Positions 18,981-28,654 are shown, counted from the stretch's first letter. The stretch is DNA of 49,311 bases from Patescibacteria group bacterium (GCA_038064775.1 JBBTSG010000006.1:32168-81478); one strand, 5' to 3'. The notes: generated from the letters alone by a model not told the origin. Program-made: numbers and translations.

Positions 18981-19016
18981 ATCCCCCAGTCTTATTTTAA
19001 GAACTGGGGGTATTTT
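18981..19016 (-). terminator. Intrinsic terminator of the 19015-19791 gene
   Basis: CCCCCAG-TTCTTAAAATAAGA-CTGGGGG followed by ATTTTTT on the minus strand. Confidence 0.7.
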
Positions 19017-19791
19017 ATAGTAATTGGCTTTTGATAAAACCAAGTTTTTTTGCGACCGCGAAAAAGGTTCTAATCTGGTCTTCTTGCTGTTGTAATCTTT
19101 TTTCTACCATCTCCAAAAATCGCGGCCCTTCCTCTTCTGTTTTTTGTTCCGGCGGATATTCAAAATCAATATATACTGCCGAAACTCGAAGCCCTCTAGC
19201 GAAAGCTTCAATCGGAGCGATCGCCTGAAGATAAGGACTAGGAAGTTTTTGCCCATAATTCTTTGAAAAACAATCGACAAAAACTTGAGACGCGTCAGGC
19301 GAATAAGCTTCTGGTCCAAAACTTGGATCAGCAAGAATGCCTGTTAGCTCACAGTAAGTAAAGTTTATTAGCTTCTCTGTCTTTTGCTGAAAAGAAGGAT
19401 AACTTCGCCACGCCTTTTCGCTACGGGACGGAATAACAACATCAGCTTGTCCTGTGATAATCGGAGCAATAATTTCCGGAATGTATTTGATGATTTGAAC
19501 CTTTTCTGGCTCACTCCAAATTATTGCTGAAATCAACTGTTTTTTCTTTTCATCAGCTGCTAGCTCAAATGCCAAGCGCCGTTGTTCCTGAAAACTTCTT
19601 CCCTTGCCGTCTACTACGGTAGCACCGATTGCTTGTAAAACATCGGAAATAATGTTTTCTGGGGAATTATCAATAATCAGTACTTGATATCCTTTTTCAA
19701 TCGCTTGCCTTACAAACTCACAGGCAAGTTTAAACCTTACTTCCTCGATATTCTGATACATCGTCGTCGTAACAACCAATACTCGACCCAT
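19015..19791 (-). CDS. Hypothetical protein, possibly GT-A fold glycosyltransferase-like
   Basis: N-terminal VLVVTTT...VLIIDNS, WSEPEK, ADVVIPSR resemble the GT2 layout; SD AAGGAG upstream. Confidence 0.5.
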   Translation of the reverse strand: MGRVLVVTTTMYQNIEEVRFKLACEFVRQAIEKGYQVLIIDNSPENIISDVLQAIGATVVDGKGRSFQEQRRLAFELAADEKKKQLISAIIWSEPEKVQIIKYIPEIIAPIITGQADVVIPSRSEKAWRSYPSFQQKTEKLINFTYCELTGILADPSFGPEAYSPDASQVFVDCFSKNYGQKLPSPYLQAIAPIEAFARGLRVSAVYIDFEYPPEQKTEEEGPRFLEMVEKRLQQQEDQIRTFFAVAKKLGFIKSQLL

Positions 19792-19853
19792 ATAGATCTC
19801 CTTGTTTTTTCTCTAAAGAATAATGGTGATTTATGTTAAATAAGCTAATTTAG

Positions 19854-19882
19854 ATCTTAGCATAGTAATATTAATTTGTCAA
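19854..19882 (-). promoter_or_regulatory. sigma70 promoter with extended -10
   Basis: TTGACA-N17-TAAGAT preceded by TGc. Confidence 0.8.
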
Positions 19883-19936
19883 TATTAGCAAAAAGGGCCG
19901 TGGGCGTTCGGTCTCTATCTTATTTTTTGCAACAAT

Positions 19937-20668
19937 TTATTTTTTCTCTGCCGCCGCGAAGATGTTTTGAGTGTAAAATCCTGCACTGCCACCAGCTTCA
20001 ATCAAACGGTAAAGCTTTATTTTAAACTCAATGCAAAACCATAAAACATATCGGATAAATGATATTAGGCCGTGAACAACCGGCCGCATCGGATATATCC
20101 GAATATTTTTAAAACCGCAAACCATTAGAACTTGCTTTAAGCTACTGCCGGTAAAACTCACGTCGTGAGTAAAATCGCCGTAGCGCAAACGGCCGCTCAA
20201 TGGACTCTCCGCATTTGGAGTTTTCACAATTAAAACCCCACCGGCCCGCAAAGATTTAAAAACTGAATCCAAAACCAAGAGAACTCCTTCTTTATCAAAA
20301 TGACCAAGAACATCCCTTAAAAAAATTAAATCGTAAAGATTACCTTTATCGCGAATAAATTCTAAAATATTGGCCTCTTTTAAATTTTTGATGCCGAATT
20401 TTCTACCAAGTTCGATTTGCTCTGAACTCACATCAATTCCTTCCGCGTTTTTAAAACCTAGGTCTTGCAACCAGTTTATAAGGGCGCCTTCACCACATCC
20501 CAAGTCAATAATCTTCGCTTCTTTGTTTTCCGGCAAAAATACTGAAAAATATTTTTGCCACGAAGGGAACTGGCTTTTCAAATAATTAAAATCTCTTTCG
20601 CCGTAAAGATTGAGATTGTGAGTCGAAATATATTTTGAATAAAATTTTTCTTTGTAACCGTTTTCCAT
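19937..20668 (-). CDS. Class I SAM-dependent methyltransferase
   Basis: IIDLGCGEG, GIDVS, DLIFLRDVLGH, L..GGVLIVKTPN. Confidence 0.88.
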   Translation of the reverse strand: MENGYKEKFYSKYISTHNLNLYGERDFNYLKSQFPSWQKYFSVFLPENKEAKIIDLGCGEGALINWLQDLGFKNAEGIDVSSEQIELGRKFGIKNLKEANILEFIRDKGNLYDLIFLRDVLGHFDKEGVLLVLDSVFKSLRAGGVLIVKTPNAESPLSGRLRYGDFTHDVSFTGSSLKQVLMVCGFKNIRIYPMRPVVHGLISFIRYVLWFCIEFKIKLYRLIEAGGSAGFYTQNIFAAAEKK

Positions 20669-20711
20669 AATCCTGAAAATAATTATCGCTTTTATAGCAA
20701 TTTTTGCAAAT

Positions 20712-20743
20712 AAAAAAGGCGGGGATTTAATTCCCGCCTTTTT
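20712..20743 (-). terminator. Intrinsic terminator
   Basis: AAAAAGGCGGG-loop-CCCGCCTTTTT. Confidence 0.8.
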
Positions 20744-20746
20744 AAA

Positions 20747-21436
20747 TTAGACGAACGGATAAGGCATGAGTCCAGAATCTTTAAGTTGCAGTTCAATTGT
20801 TTGAATGAACGTTCTCAGAGCCGCAAATCTTGATTTTGCCATTTCAACCGCTCGAGGCAATCTAATCTGAAATCTTGAATCGGTTTCCCATTCAAGAGAA
20901 TGAAAAATATCACGAAGCACGGATTTTGGATTTTTATAATCCGCGGTAGGGTCGCTTAAGAAAAAGACAAAATCCACTGCTGGAAGGTCTGGCTGAAACT
21001 GACCAGAACGAATTACGAGATCCAACTCGATATTTACTAGACGGTCGGCATCCATCAGCGCCACAAGTATCGGACTGTCAGAATCATCATTCTTGCCGCC
21101 GTGTTTTAAAACAGCGTCAATAATTGTTTCTTTATCTGAATCTATAAAAGCCGACTCAGAAGAAAGCCATTCCAAAACCAGATCACGGATTTTATCTGCT
21201 GAAACATCACGCCGCCCAACTTTAAGCCTAGTTTGAAGAACGCGATCAGCGTTATGACAAAGCCCAGCGGCACCAGCAAGATTTCTAAAAACTTCTCCTT
21301 CGGAAACAATATAAGCGTATTGAGCTACTCTTGCCGCATGTTCAAAATCATGACCGCCTCCCGTTATTTTTTCGTCAAGATGGGTTTTACGAACCACTGC
21401 CGCAAGATTTGGAAAAATTTCCCATATCTTTTTCAC
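20747..21436 (-). CDS. HD-domain protein with HN in place of HD
   Basis: GHDFEHAARV, GLCHNADR, KH, DADRL; GTG start with SD AAAGGAG. Confidence 0.75.
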   Translation of the reverse strand: MKKIWEIFPNLAAVVRKTHLDEKITGGGHDFEHAARVAQYAYIVSEGEVFRNLAGAAGLCHNADRVLQTRLKVGRRDVSADKIRDLVLEWLSSESAFIDSDKETIIDAVLKHGGKNDDSDSPILVALMDADRLVNIELDLVIRSGQFQPDLPAVDFVFFLSDPTADYKNPKSVLRDIFHSLEWETDSRFQIRLPRAVEMAKSRFAALRTFIQTIELQLKDSGLMPYPFV

Positions 21437-21442
21437 TATAAA

Positions 21443-22000
21443 TCACTCCTTTCTTTTTTTGGCCCATAGGCCGGTTTTGTATTTTACGTCTCCCACTTTT
21501 TTTAACATCACGAGTTCGATATTACCTTTACCTACAAGCCCGGGAATATTTCCCACATGAATATATCCTGCTTTGAGATAAAGTCGCTGTCCTACAGGAT
21601 TGTCCTTACTTGTGGAAAGATATATTGTCGCAAGGTTCGGAATGCCACAAACTTCTTTTATGTATCGCACCGCAAGTTTATCGCCTTTGATAAGAAGTTT
21701 TATGCCAATGCCTTGCCCCTGCATGTTCTTACTTATGCCAATCATGTTCAAATAAACCGTGCCGTTGGTCGGGGGTTTATTCTCATAGTGAATGAAACCG
21801 ATAATCTTGTCTCCTTGTTTTGCAACAATTACGATTTCATTCTCATCATTAAGAGCTGTTCTAAAAAATCTTCGGCATTTTTCTCTGTCGAAACCCTTCC
21901 CATAATTAAAGTCCTGCGGAAATGTACCTTCGACAACGTCAATAATGCCACGCTCATCTCCCCGGATGGCTAACCGAATTTGAATTCTTCTCTTATTCAC
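21443..22000 (-). CDS. GNAT family N-acetyltransferase
   Basis: IGFIHY, LNMIGISKNMQGQGIGIKLL (motif A), N..GQRLYLKAGY. Confidence 0.85.
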   Translation of the reverse strand: MNKRRIQIRLAIRGDERGIIDVVEGTFPQDFNYGKGFDREKCRRFFRTALNDENEIVIVAKQGDKIIGFIHYENKPPTNGTVYLNMIGISKNMQGQGIGIKLLIKGDKLAVRYIKEVCGIPNLATIYLSTSKDNPVGQRLYLKAGYIHVGNIPGLVGKGNIELVMLKKVGDVKYKTGLWAKKRKE

Positions 22001-22074
22001 GTGCCTTTCCTTTCTTTTGATTCGTTATTATTTAATTAGAAAAATACTAAAAACAGTATAGCAAAGCATTGTTA

Positions 22075-22695
22075 TTATGTCAAGTTTGTAAAGTTTTTGT
22101 TTTTATAATGCTCTTTTCTTAACCAGAATAATTCTTCGGCTTTCTTTTTAGCGAAGGGGGTGACAAACCTTGAAATTCTTGTTTTCAATGTCTTTGTCAT
22201 ATATTTTTCATTATCTTTTTTATTGAATGTCGGGGTTGCCCTGGTTATATCAAGTTGCCCCAACGTGTCTGCTTCCATAAATACCAATTCATCTTTTTGG
22301 TTAAGCTTTTCAAGATTGTCGTGGACAAGAACCAAATGGCATATCCTTTCTTTTTGTCCGGCGCTTAAAAAACTAAATATCGGATCTTGCAAAAGTGCGG
22401 AGATCTTTTCCATACTTATTTGCGCATGCATGATCTTCACATTTTGAATATCTTCTCTTCCTATATAAATTCCCTTTTTGAATAGGTTTGCATACCCCCA
22501 ATCGTGAGCATAAGCAACTACAACAAGAACCGCCCGGTCCAGGTTTAAATCAAGGGTATTTTTAATAATTTCTTTTGTGTAAAAAACGACTGCTTCGGTA
22601 TGTGGCTTATCCCAATTTGGACGTCCTTGTTCGAGTTCCGGAAAAATATTTTTTTTCAAATAAGGTTCAGCTTCCTCAATTGTATTAATTCCCAT
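22075..22695 (-). CDS. HD-domain protein
   Basis: WDKPHTEAV, AYAHDWGY, HA, VHD, EADTLG. Confidence 0.8.
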   Translation of the reverse strand: MGINTIEEAEPYLKKNIFPELEQGRPNWDKPHTEAVVFYTKEIIKNTLDLNLDRAVLVVVAYAHDWGYANLFKKGIYIGREDIQNVKIMHAQISMEKISALLQDPIFSFLSAGQKERICHLVLVHDNLEKLNQKDELVFMEADTLGQLDITRATPTFNKKDNEKYMTKTLKTRISRFVTPFAKKKAEELFWLRKEHYKNKNFTNLT

Positions 22696-22723
22696 AACTA
22701 CGATGATATCGCCTTTGATTAAA

Positions 22724-22751
22724 ATAAAAAAGCCCCCGATAAACTGGGGCT
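22724..22751 (-). terminator. Intrinsic terminator
   Basis: AGCCCC-loop-GGGGCT followed by TTTTTATTTT on the minus strand. Confidence 0.75.
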
Positions 22752-23299
22752 TATTTATTATAATGTTGCTTTATCATCTCCGCGACTTCTCTCGGAGACA
22801 GATCGGTGTTGTCAATGCACAAACTACTAGCAATGCTCGCCGGTACTTTGTCGGAGATGAATTCTTCTCTTAAGACTTCCCGCAATTTTTCAACTTCGAC
22901 AATCTTTCTCGTACCGATGCGGGATGAGCTTATAACCCTTCTCTCAAGCTCTTTCGTTTCACACGAAAGCCGGACTAGACAAAACTCGCCTCCTAAGTCC
23001 TTCATCAAATTAGCCCAAGCTAAGAGTGCATTATTTGAGTGCTCAGTACGAGGCCCGGTATAGTAATTAAAAGTCACTATTAATCCCTTAAGGCCCTTCT
23101 CTGCGGCTGTCTTATAAACAATCATTCGGATGCGATGATTCAATTCTGCGTGAGCGGGGGTTCCTGGATCAAAAATCATCGTGCATAAATCGGCAAAGAG
23201 ATGATTGTGCAGAAACTTGAATCCGGTAATCTCCTGAAGCGCCTTGCCAACAGTAAACTTGCCAACAGCGGGAATGCCATATAGTAAAACCAACTTCAT
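22751..23299 (-). CDS. P-loop kinase (shikimate/nucleoside kinase-like AAA family)
   Basis: LYGIPAVGKFTVG Walker A, FLHNH, ELERRV...SR, IDNTDLSP. Confidence 0.8.
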   Translation of the reverse strand: MKLVLLYGIPAVGKFTVGKALQEITGFKFLHNHLFADLCTMIFDPGTPAHAELNHRIRMIVYKTAAEKGLKGLIVTFNYYTGPRTEHSNNALLAWANLMKDLGGEFCLVRLSCETKELERRVISSSRIGTRKIVEVEKLREVLREEFISDKVPASIASSLCIDNTDLSPREVAEMIKQHYNK

Positions 23300-23339
23300 A
23301 TAACTCTCCTATTAATTTAATTGTTGATGAACTGAACTC

Positions 23340-23367
23340 AGTATAATACGAACTAGAAAATTGTCAA
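23340..23367 (-). promoter_or_regulatory. sigma70 promoter
   Basis: TTGACA-N16-TATACT; SD AGGAG near the start. Confidence 0.75.
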
Positions 23368-23406
23368 GTGTTTAAAAATATTCGAGTATTCCTCGAGTAA
23401 CCTAAT

Positions 23407-23694
23407 TCAAAACTCGTAGTCCACAACGTGCCAATCGGCGATTTCTTTTGTGAAATCAGTAAGTTCCCTATGTGCAGGATGTGCTTGAAATTTAAAAAGC
23501 GCGGCTTCGTCAGGAAAAGTTGCCACCTCAACTACATCCCAGCGTTTTTCTGACGGCGCATATTGTGTCCCGATTTTCCATATGTCTATTTCTTTAATCT
23601 TATCCTTCATGCTATGAAGTAGTGCAACCGCTTGCTCCCGCTCATCCGCAGAAGCAGTTGGACGAAATTTGAACATGACTACATGGCCAATCAT
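23407..23694 (-). CDS. Dabb family (stress-responsive A/B barrel) protein
   Basis: MIGHVVMFKF, FQAHPAH, VDYEF C-terminus. Confidence 0.9.
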   Translation of the reverse strand: MIGHVVMFKFRPTASADEREQAVALLHSMKDKIKEIDIWKIGTQYAPSEKRWDVVEVATFPDEAALFKFQAHPAHRELTDFTKEIADWHVVDYEF

Positions 23695-23698
23695 TAAA

Positions 23699-24784
23699 TT
23701 ATTTAGCGCCTCCCTTAAGTTCGTGCTCCATCATTAAAGCTACGAGGTCGTCAAATTTTGTTTTAGGATTCCAACCCAATTTGGCTTTCGCTTTTGTATA
23801 ATCTCCTCGCAAATCATGAACTTCCGCCGGTCGGAAATAGTCCGGATCAATCTCCACTAAAACTTTGCCGGTTTTTTTGTCTAGGCCTTTTTCTAAAAGT
23901 CCTTGGTCTTGCCAAACAATATCAATACCAGCGTACTTAAAAGCTCTTTCAGCGAATTCCCGAACTGAATGGTTTTCACCCGTCGCAATAACGTAATCAT
24001 CGGCTTCCGGCTGTTGGAGCATCAACCACATTGCTTCAACATATTCGGGTGCGTAACCCCAATCTCTTTTAGCGTCTAAATTTCCTAAGTGAAGTTTTTC
24101 CATCCGACCGCGTTTTATTTCCGCGACAGCTCTTACGATTTTCCGCGTAACAAAATTAATGCCACGACGAGGCGATTCATGATTAAAGAGAATGCCATTT
24201 GCGGCAAAAATATTATAGGACTCGCGGTAATTTATCACAGTGTGGTAAGCGAATGCTTTAGCGCAACCATAAGGGCTTCTTGGGTGAAAAACTGTCTGTT
24301 CGTTTTGCGGCGGCGGGGAAAACCCGAACATTTCTGAACTCGATGCTTGGTAAAATTTAATTTTTGAATTCGGATTCCTTGCTTCGTGATTCCTTACAAG
24401 CTCAAGTAATCTCAATGTTCCAAGACCAGTTACATTCGCAGTGTATTCTGGCATGTCAAAACTAATGCGCACATGTGATTGAGCACCTAAATTGTAAATT
24501 TCATCCGGCGGAAATTTAAATTCGTAAGAGCCATAACGGTTGTAAGATTCAACATTTCCATCAATGAAGCGTGATAAACTATGACTGTCAGCTAAATCGC
24601 CATAATCCCGAAAAAGCACAACACCTTTGCTGTGAAGATCTTTAAGAATGTGATCGATCCGTTCAGTATTAATAGAAGATGAACGGCGAACCACACCCAT
24701 AACCTGGTAACCTTTGTTCAACAAAAATTCCGCCAGATACGATCCGTCTTGACCGGTAATGCCTGTAACGAGGGCGCTTTTCAT
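23699..24784 (-). CDS. gmd: GDP-mannose 4,6-dehydratase
   Basis: [66 protein letters not shown]. Confidence 0.97.
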   Translation of the reverse strand: MKSALVTGITGQDGSYLAEFLLNKGYQVMGVVRRSSSINTERIDHILKDLHSKGVVLFRDYGDLADSHSLSRFIDGNVESYNRYGSYEFKFPPDEIYNLGAQSHVRISFDMPEYTANVTGLGTLRLLELVRNHEARNPNSKIKFYQASSSEMFGFSPPPQNEQTVFHPRSPYGCAKAFAYHTVINYRESYNIFAANGILFNHESPRRGINFVTRKIVRAVAEIKRGRMEKLHLGNLDAKRDWGYAPEYVEAMWLMLQQPEADDYVIATGENHSVREFAERAFKYAGIDIVWQDQGLLEKGLDKKTGKVLVEIDPDYFRPAEVHDLRGDYTKAKAKLGWNPKTKFDDLVALMMEHELKGGAK

Positions 24785-24790
24785 GGCATT

Positions 24791-24858
24791 ATATTATTAA
24801 AAAAACAAAATTCTGTCAAACTAAATTATTGACAGTGATACCTTAGTTATCTTAATAT
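24791..24858. promoter_or_regulatory. Divergent sigma70 promoters for gmd and the C-methyltransferase
   Basis: Minus strand: TTGACA(24814-24819)-N17-TAATAT, 6 nt before the gmd ATG. Plus strand: TTGACA at 24829-24834 with a weaker -10. Confidence 0.65.
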
Positions 24859-24861
24859 AGG

Positions 24862-26100
24862 GTGGATATGCCAGCCATAACTAAATGTCGCTTTTGCAAA
24901 AGCATAAAATTAATTCCTTATCTTGATTTAGGGTTCACTCCGCACTCGGATCATTTTCCAACCCAAGAAGAACTAAAAGAATCGGAAACGTCTTATCCGC
25001 TTGTTGTCGTATTTTGTGGAAAATGCGGTTTAAGCCAACTTTCTTACACGGTTGACCCGCGAGAAATGTATCAGAAAGATTATCTTTATCAATCTTCAGT
25101 TACTAAAACGGGCGTAGAACATTACAATAATTTTGCCCAATCCGTCACAAAAAAACTAAATTTGGGAAAAAAAGATCTTGTGGTGGACGTTGGAAGTAAT
25201 GTCGGAGTTCTTCTCCAAGGGTTTAAAACGGCTGGCACAAAAATTTTAGGCGTAGACCCGGCGCCAAACATCGCGCGTATTGCGAATAAGCGTGGTATTC
25301 GCACTATCCCTGATTTTTTTACGCCTAAAGTTGCGAAAGATGTAGTCAAAAAATACGGTAAAGCGAAGGTTATCGTCGGCACGAATGTTTTCGCGCACGT
25401 GTTCAACCATCATGAATTCGTAAAAGCGGTTAAAATCTTAATGCAAAATAACGGAGTTTTTATTTTTGAATCGCCGCATTTTTCAAACCTTATGGAAAAT
25501 TTAGAATATGATACTGTCTACCATCAGCACCTTCTTTATCTCTCATTAAAACCTGTTATTCAATTTTTCAAGAACTATAAAATGGAGGTTTTTGATGTTG
25601 AAACTAAAAAAATTCACGGCGGTTCTTTTAGAGTTTTTATCGGCAAAAATAGCATCCACCCAATAAATAAAACGGTTAGAGCAATGCTTAAAATGGAATT
25701 AAAAGATAATATTCATTCCCTGCCGAAACTAAAAATCTTCGCCAAGCTTGTAGCAAATCACCGTGTAGAACTAAAAAATCTACTTCGGGACCTGAAACGT
25801 AAAAATAAGAGCATTGCAATTGTAAGCACGCCGGCCAAAGGCATGACGCTTTTAAATTACTGCCGAATTGGCCCGGAACTTATTGATTTTGCGACTGAAA
25901 AATCCGAGCTTAAAATTAACCGTTTCACTCCAGGCACGCACATTCCCATTCTTCCGGACTCCGAACTTTTAAAACGCCAACCTGATTACGCTCTTCTTCT
26001 CGCCTGGAACTTTGCTCCGGAAATTATGAAAAATTTAAGCGATTACAAAAAACGCGGCGGTAAATTTATTGTGCCAATTCCGAAACCTAGTATAATATAA
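24862..26100 (+). CDS. NDP-sugar C-methyltransferase (NovU/TcaB9-like; zinc-binding N-terminus, C-methyltransferase C-terminal domain)
   Basis: CRFC..CGKC Zn site, VDVGSNVG, TNVFAHV, YDTVYHQHL, IHGGSFR, PAKGMTLLNY, LLLAWNFAPEI. Confidence 0.92.
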   Translation: MDMPAITKCRFCKSIKLIPYLDLGFTPHSDHFPTQEELKESETSYPLVVVFCGKCGLSQLSYTVDPREMYQKDYLYQSSVTKTGVEHYNNFAQSVTKKLNLGKKDLVVDVGSNVGVLLQGFKTAGTKILGVDPAPNIARIANKRGIRTIPDFFTPKVAKDVVKKYGKAKVIVGTNVFAHVFNHHEFVKAVKILMQNNGVFIFESPHFSNLMENLEYDTVYHQHLLYLSLKPVIQFFKNYKMEVFDVETKKIHGGSFRVFIGKNSIHPINKTVRAMLKMELKDNIHSLPKLKIFAKLVANHRVELKNLLRDLKRKNKSIAIVSTPAKGMTLLNYCRIGPELIDFATEKSELKINRFTPGTHIPILPDSELLKRQPDYALLLAWNFAPEIMKNLSDYKKRGGKFIVPIPKPSII

Positions 26101-26104
26101 AAAT

Positions 26105-26482
26105 ATGAAAATAGATAAAAAACCGATTAATTTTGAGGACTCGCGAGGATCAATCAGAGACATTATTGTCGGACAAGACGTTGATTCGGTGACAATTATT
26201 ACCTGTAAAAAAGGTTCTGTTCGCGGTAATCACTTTCATAAAAAAAGTTCGCAATATACTTATATAGTTAAGGGGAGTTTTACTTACGCCTCAAAGAAGG
26301 ATAACAATCCTGTAGAAACAATCGAAGTGAAAGAAGGTGATCTTACGTTAAGCATTCCTAATGAACAACACGCTTTTAAGGCTCTTGAAGATTCCGTTCT
26401 TCTCCAGTTATCAAAAGGGCCTCGCCAAGGAGAAAATTACGAAAACGACACTTTTCGCCTAGAAAAACCAATTTTGGAATAA
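26105..26482 (+). CDS. Cupin (FdtA/WxcM-like sugar ketoisomerase/epimerase family)
   Basis: FEDSRGSI, RGNHFHKK, PNEQHAF. Confidence 0.78.
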   Translation: MKIDKKPINFEDSRGSIRDIIVGQDVDSVTIITCKKGSVRGNHFHKKSSQYTYIVKGSFTYASKKDNNPVETIEVKEGDLTLSIPNEQHAFKALEDSVLLQLSKGPRQGENYENDTFRLEKPILE

Positions 26483-26498
26483 GCTTTTCTCGAAAATT

Positions 26499-27089
26499 TT
26501 AGAGAGAGGATATTAAGCCGCGAATTTGATCATTATCCGGCCAATAATTCAAAATAATTTGGCCTATTTCTTTAGCTTTATCCTTTTGTCCGCTTTGTAT
26601 ATACAAATTGAACAAGCCATAAAGTACTGGTGGTAATTTCGGACCGATCATAAAAGCTCGCTCGTAATAATTAAGCGCCTTTTTAAAATCTTCCGGTTTT
26701 TGACCATAATTATTAAAAAGAGTTAAGTACAACTGACCGCCCGTCATTAGATGACGAACATTATTATTTAGAAAAAGGTGTGGCTCAATGTAGCGAACAA
26801 GCTCGCGACTTACTGCTTCTGGTTGTCCTTGCTGACTGGTCAAATTTAAAATGTCATTGCTTAAAAATTTAACCACCTCTTCCGAACCAACCGGCGAATA
26901 AAAATTAAAAACTCTGTCAAAGACGGCTTCAAAATCTTGAATGGTGTGCACGTTCGAAATAGTGCCTAGCGCGGTGATGTATTTGCGGGCTTTCACGAAA
27001 GGTGAGTAAGCGCCGAAATACAAACTCAAAAGAGCAGCGATAATTATCACAATGTACAATATTTTTCTAAATTCTTTTATTATGAACAT
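26499..27089 (-). CDS. Membrane-anchored TPR-like protein; in frame with the upstream ligase gene
   Basis: N-terminal TM helix; KALNYYERAFMIGPK...LFNLY...KAKE helical-repeat pattern. Confidence 0.65.
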   Translation of the reverse strand: MFIIKEFRKILYIVIIIAALLSLYFGAYSPFVKARKYITALGTISNVHTIQDFEAVFDRVFNFYSPVGSEEVVKFLSNDILNLTSQQGQPEAVSRELVRYIEPHLFLNNNVRHLMTGGQLYLTLFNNYGQKPEDFKKALNYYERAFMIGPKLPPVLYGLFNLYIQSGQKDKAKEIGQIILNYWPDNDQIRGLISSL

Positions 27090-27098
27090 AATTAAGAC

Positions 27099-28523
27099 TT
27101 AATTCTGATAAGTATTTTCTTTAAGCTTGTAAGTGGCTAGGGCGAGGACTAAAAACAAATTTATATAAATTGGTAGAACGTCAAAAAGCACTATTCCCTG
27201 CACCAAATAAGCTATCAAAACCGCGAAGAGCAAAGCGAGCTCTGAAGATAAATATTTTTGGTTAGTTAATTCTTTTTCATTGTGATTATTATTCTTTTTC
27301 AGTTGATTATTTTCTCTAAGATTGGTTTTTGTTTTTTTATAGAGTTGGATGAAGAAGATGGTGAAGATACTTAAGAAGCTTAAGAAACCGAAAGCGCCTG
27401 TTTCCACCAGATAATCAAAGTAAATACTGTGAGCACGATCAAACCAAGCGCCAAATCCCTGACTCGGCGTAAAATAGGCGGTATTGAAACGCCGATCAAA
27501 AACCTGAATAAAATTTTCTGGTCCCCAACCGAAAATTGGTCGCGCCTTAAATCCGTCCCAAGCAATTTGCCACATAAGAGCCCGAGTTTTAAATGTGTTC
27601 GCGTCTAAAGAAATGGTAAAAATGCGCGAAGCGGGAAGAGATTTCACAAACGGCGTATCTTGGAATTTTATGAACAAACCTACAACAAGAACAAAAAGAG
27701 TTACCCCAACCAAAAGCCGCTTACGCCAAGCTTGATGAACATAGATGAAGTAACCGAGAAATGCGACAATAGCTACGACGAAACCGAGAAAAGCGCCGCG
27801 GGTCGCAGCAAGATAAAGAACGGCTAAGAAAATTGCGCCAAGACCTGCAAGCGCAAAATTTTCAAAAGACAATTTTTTCTTGCTTCTATTACCAATAAAA
27901 AGCATTGCTAAGTAAAAAAGTATGAAAATGGCATAAGCACCAACATAAGATGAATTTCCAATCGAACCATCGAACCGAAAACCGGGCTGGCTAAATGACG
28001 GTCCGATAAAGTCCTTAAAAGACTGGAAAAACGAGCCGTTTGCCGCCTGATCTATATATTTTAATCCTGCTCCCGCGCCATACGCTGTCATTAGCAAACC
28101 AGTAATAATGGATGACCAAAAAATTTTCCGCCAATCCTTATCGTCGTGGAAAAGCATAATTAAGAGCCAAAAGAAAATTAATAGATGGAGTAATTGTAAA
28201 CCTCCCTCGCCGCGCTCAAAATTAGACCAAAAAGAAAATGACGGATCAACGCCAAAAAGAGAAGCTAAAATAACCGCTAAGACGAAAATCGAAACCGCGA
28301 TTGCAAGCGGCGACTTCAAAAGTTTAATAAATTTTTTCTCATAAATCTCCGCCTCTGGTGAAAGTACAAGACCGAGAAGAAAAGATATGAGCGCAAGATC
28401 AACAGTTGTCCGAAACCAGGTGTACTTACCGACAATAAAAGGAAAAAGCGTGGAAACGGTAACAACCGCAACTGCTAAAACAGAAATAATTAGAAAAAAT
28501 TTTGCCGTCTTAAAATAAGCCAT
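27099..28523 (-). CDS. O-antigen ligase/O-oligosaccharyltransferase family (Wzy_C) membrane protein
   Basis: About 12 TM helices, SFWSNFERGEG, GSIGNSSY, TRGAFLG, R..MW..AW, FGWGPENF, DRAHSIYFD. Confidence 0.88.
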   Translation of the reverse strand: MAYFKTAKFFLIISVLAVAVVTVSTLFPFIVGKYTWFRTTVDLALISFLLGLVLSPEAEIYEKKFIKLLKSPLAIAVSIFVLAVILASLFGVDPSFSFWSNFERGEGGLQLLHLLIFFWLLIMLFHDDKDWRKIFWSSIITGLLMTAYGAGAGLKYIDQAANGSFFQSFKDFIGPSFSQPGFRFDGSIGNSSYVGAYAIFILFYLAMLFIGNRSKKKLSFENFALAGLGAIFLAVLYLAATRGAFLGFVVAIVAFLGYFIYVHQAWRKRLLVGVTLFVLVVGLFIKFQDTPFVKSLPASRIFTISLDANTFKTRALMWQIAWDGFKARPIFGWGPENFIQVFDRRFNTAYFTPSQGFGAWFDRAHSIYFDYLVETGAFGFLSFLSIFTIFFIQLYKKTKTNLRENNQLKKNNNHNEKELTNQKYLSSELALLFAVLIAYLVQGIVLFDVLPIYINLFLVLALATYKLKENTYQN

Positions 28524-28581
28524 ACTTCCAGTTTTTAAATACTATCTAATTAAAGAGTTTTGTTCAAGTAAAAAATTAAAT

Positions 28582-28610
28582 CAAAAAGACCCCTTCTCGG
28601 GGTCTTTTTG
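28582..28610 (-). terminator. Strong intrinsic terminator of the S-layer-like gene
   Basis: CAAAAAGACCCC-N5-GGGGTCTTTTTG. Confidence 0.9.
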
Positions 28611-28654
28611 TTCGATTATATGCTATCGAAAAACTAGAAATCAGTTAAGCAGAA

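Noticed and set aside
17811-19043. Extended N-termini given by the ORF track (also 4153, 40440, 46777, 47294)
   Set aside because: They cross terminators, promoters or upstream genes; homology begins at internal Met codons.
27099-28523. Evidence for LPS
   Set aside because: No lipid A/Kdo genes here; this ligase family also includes protein O-oligosaccharyltransferases and polymerases.
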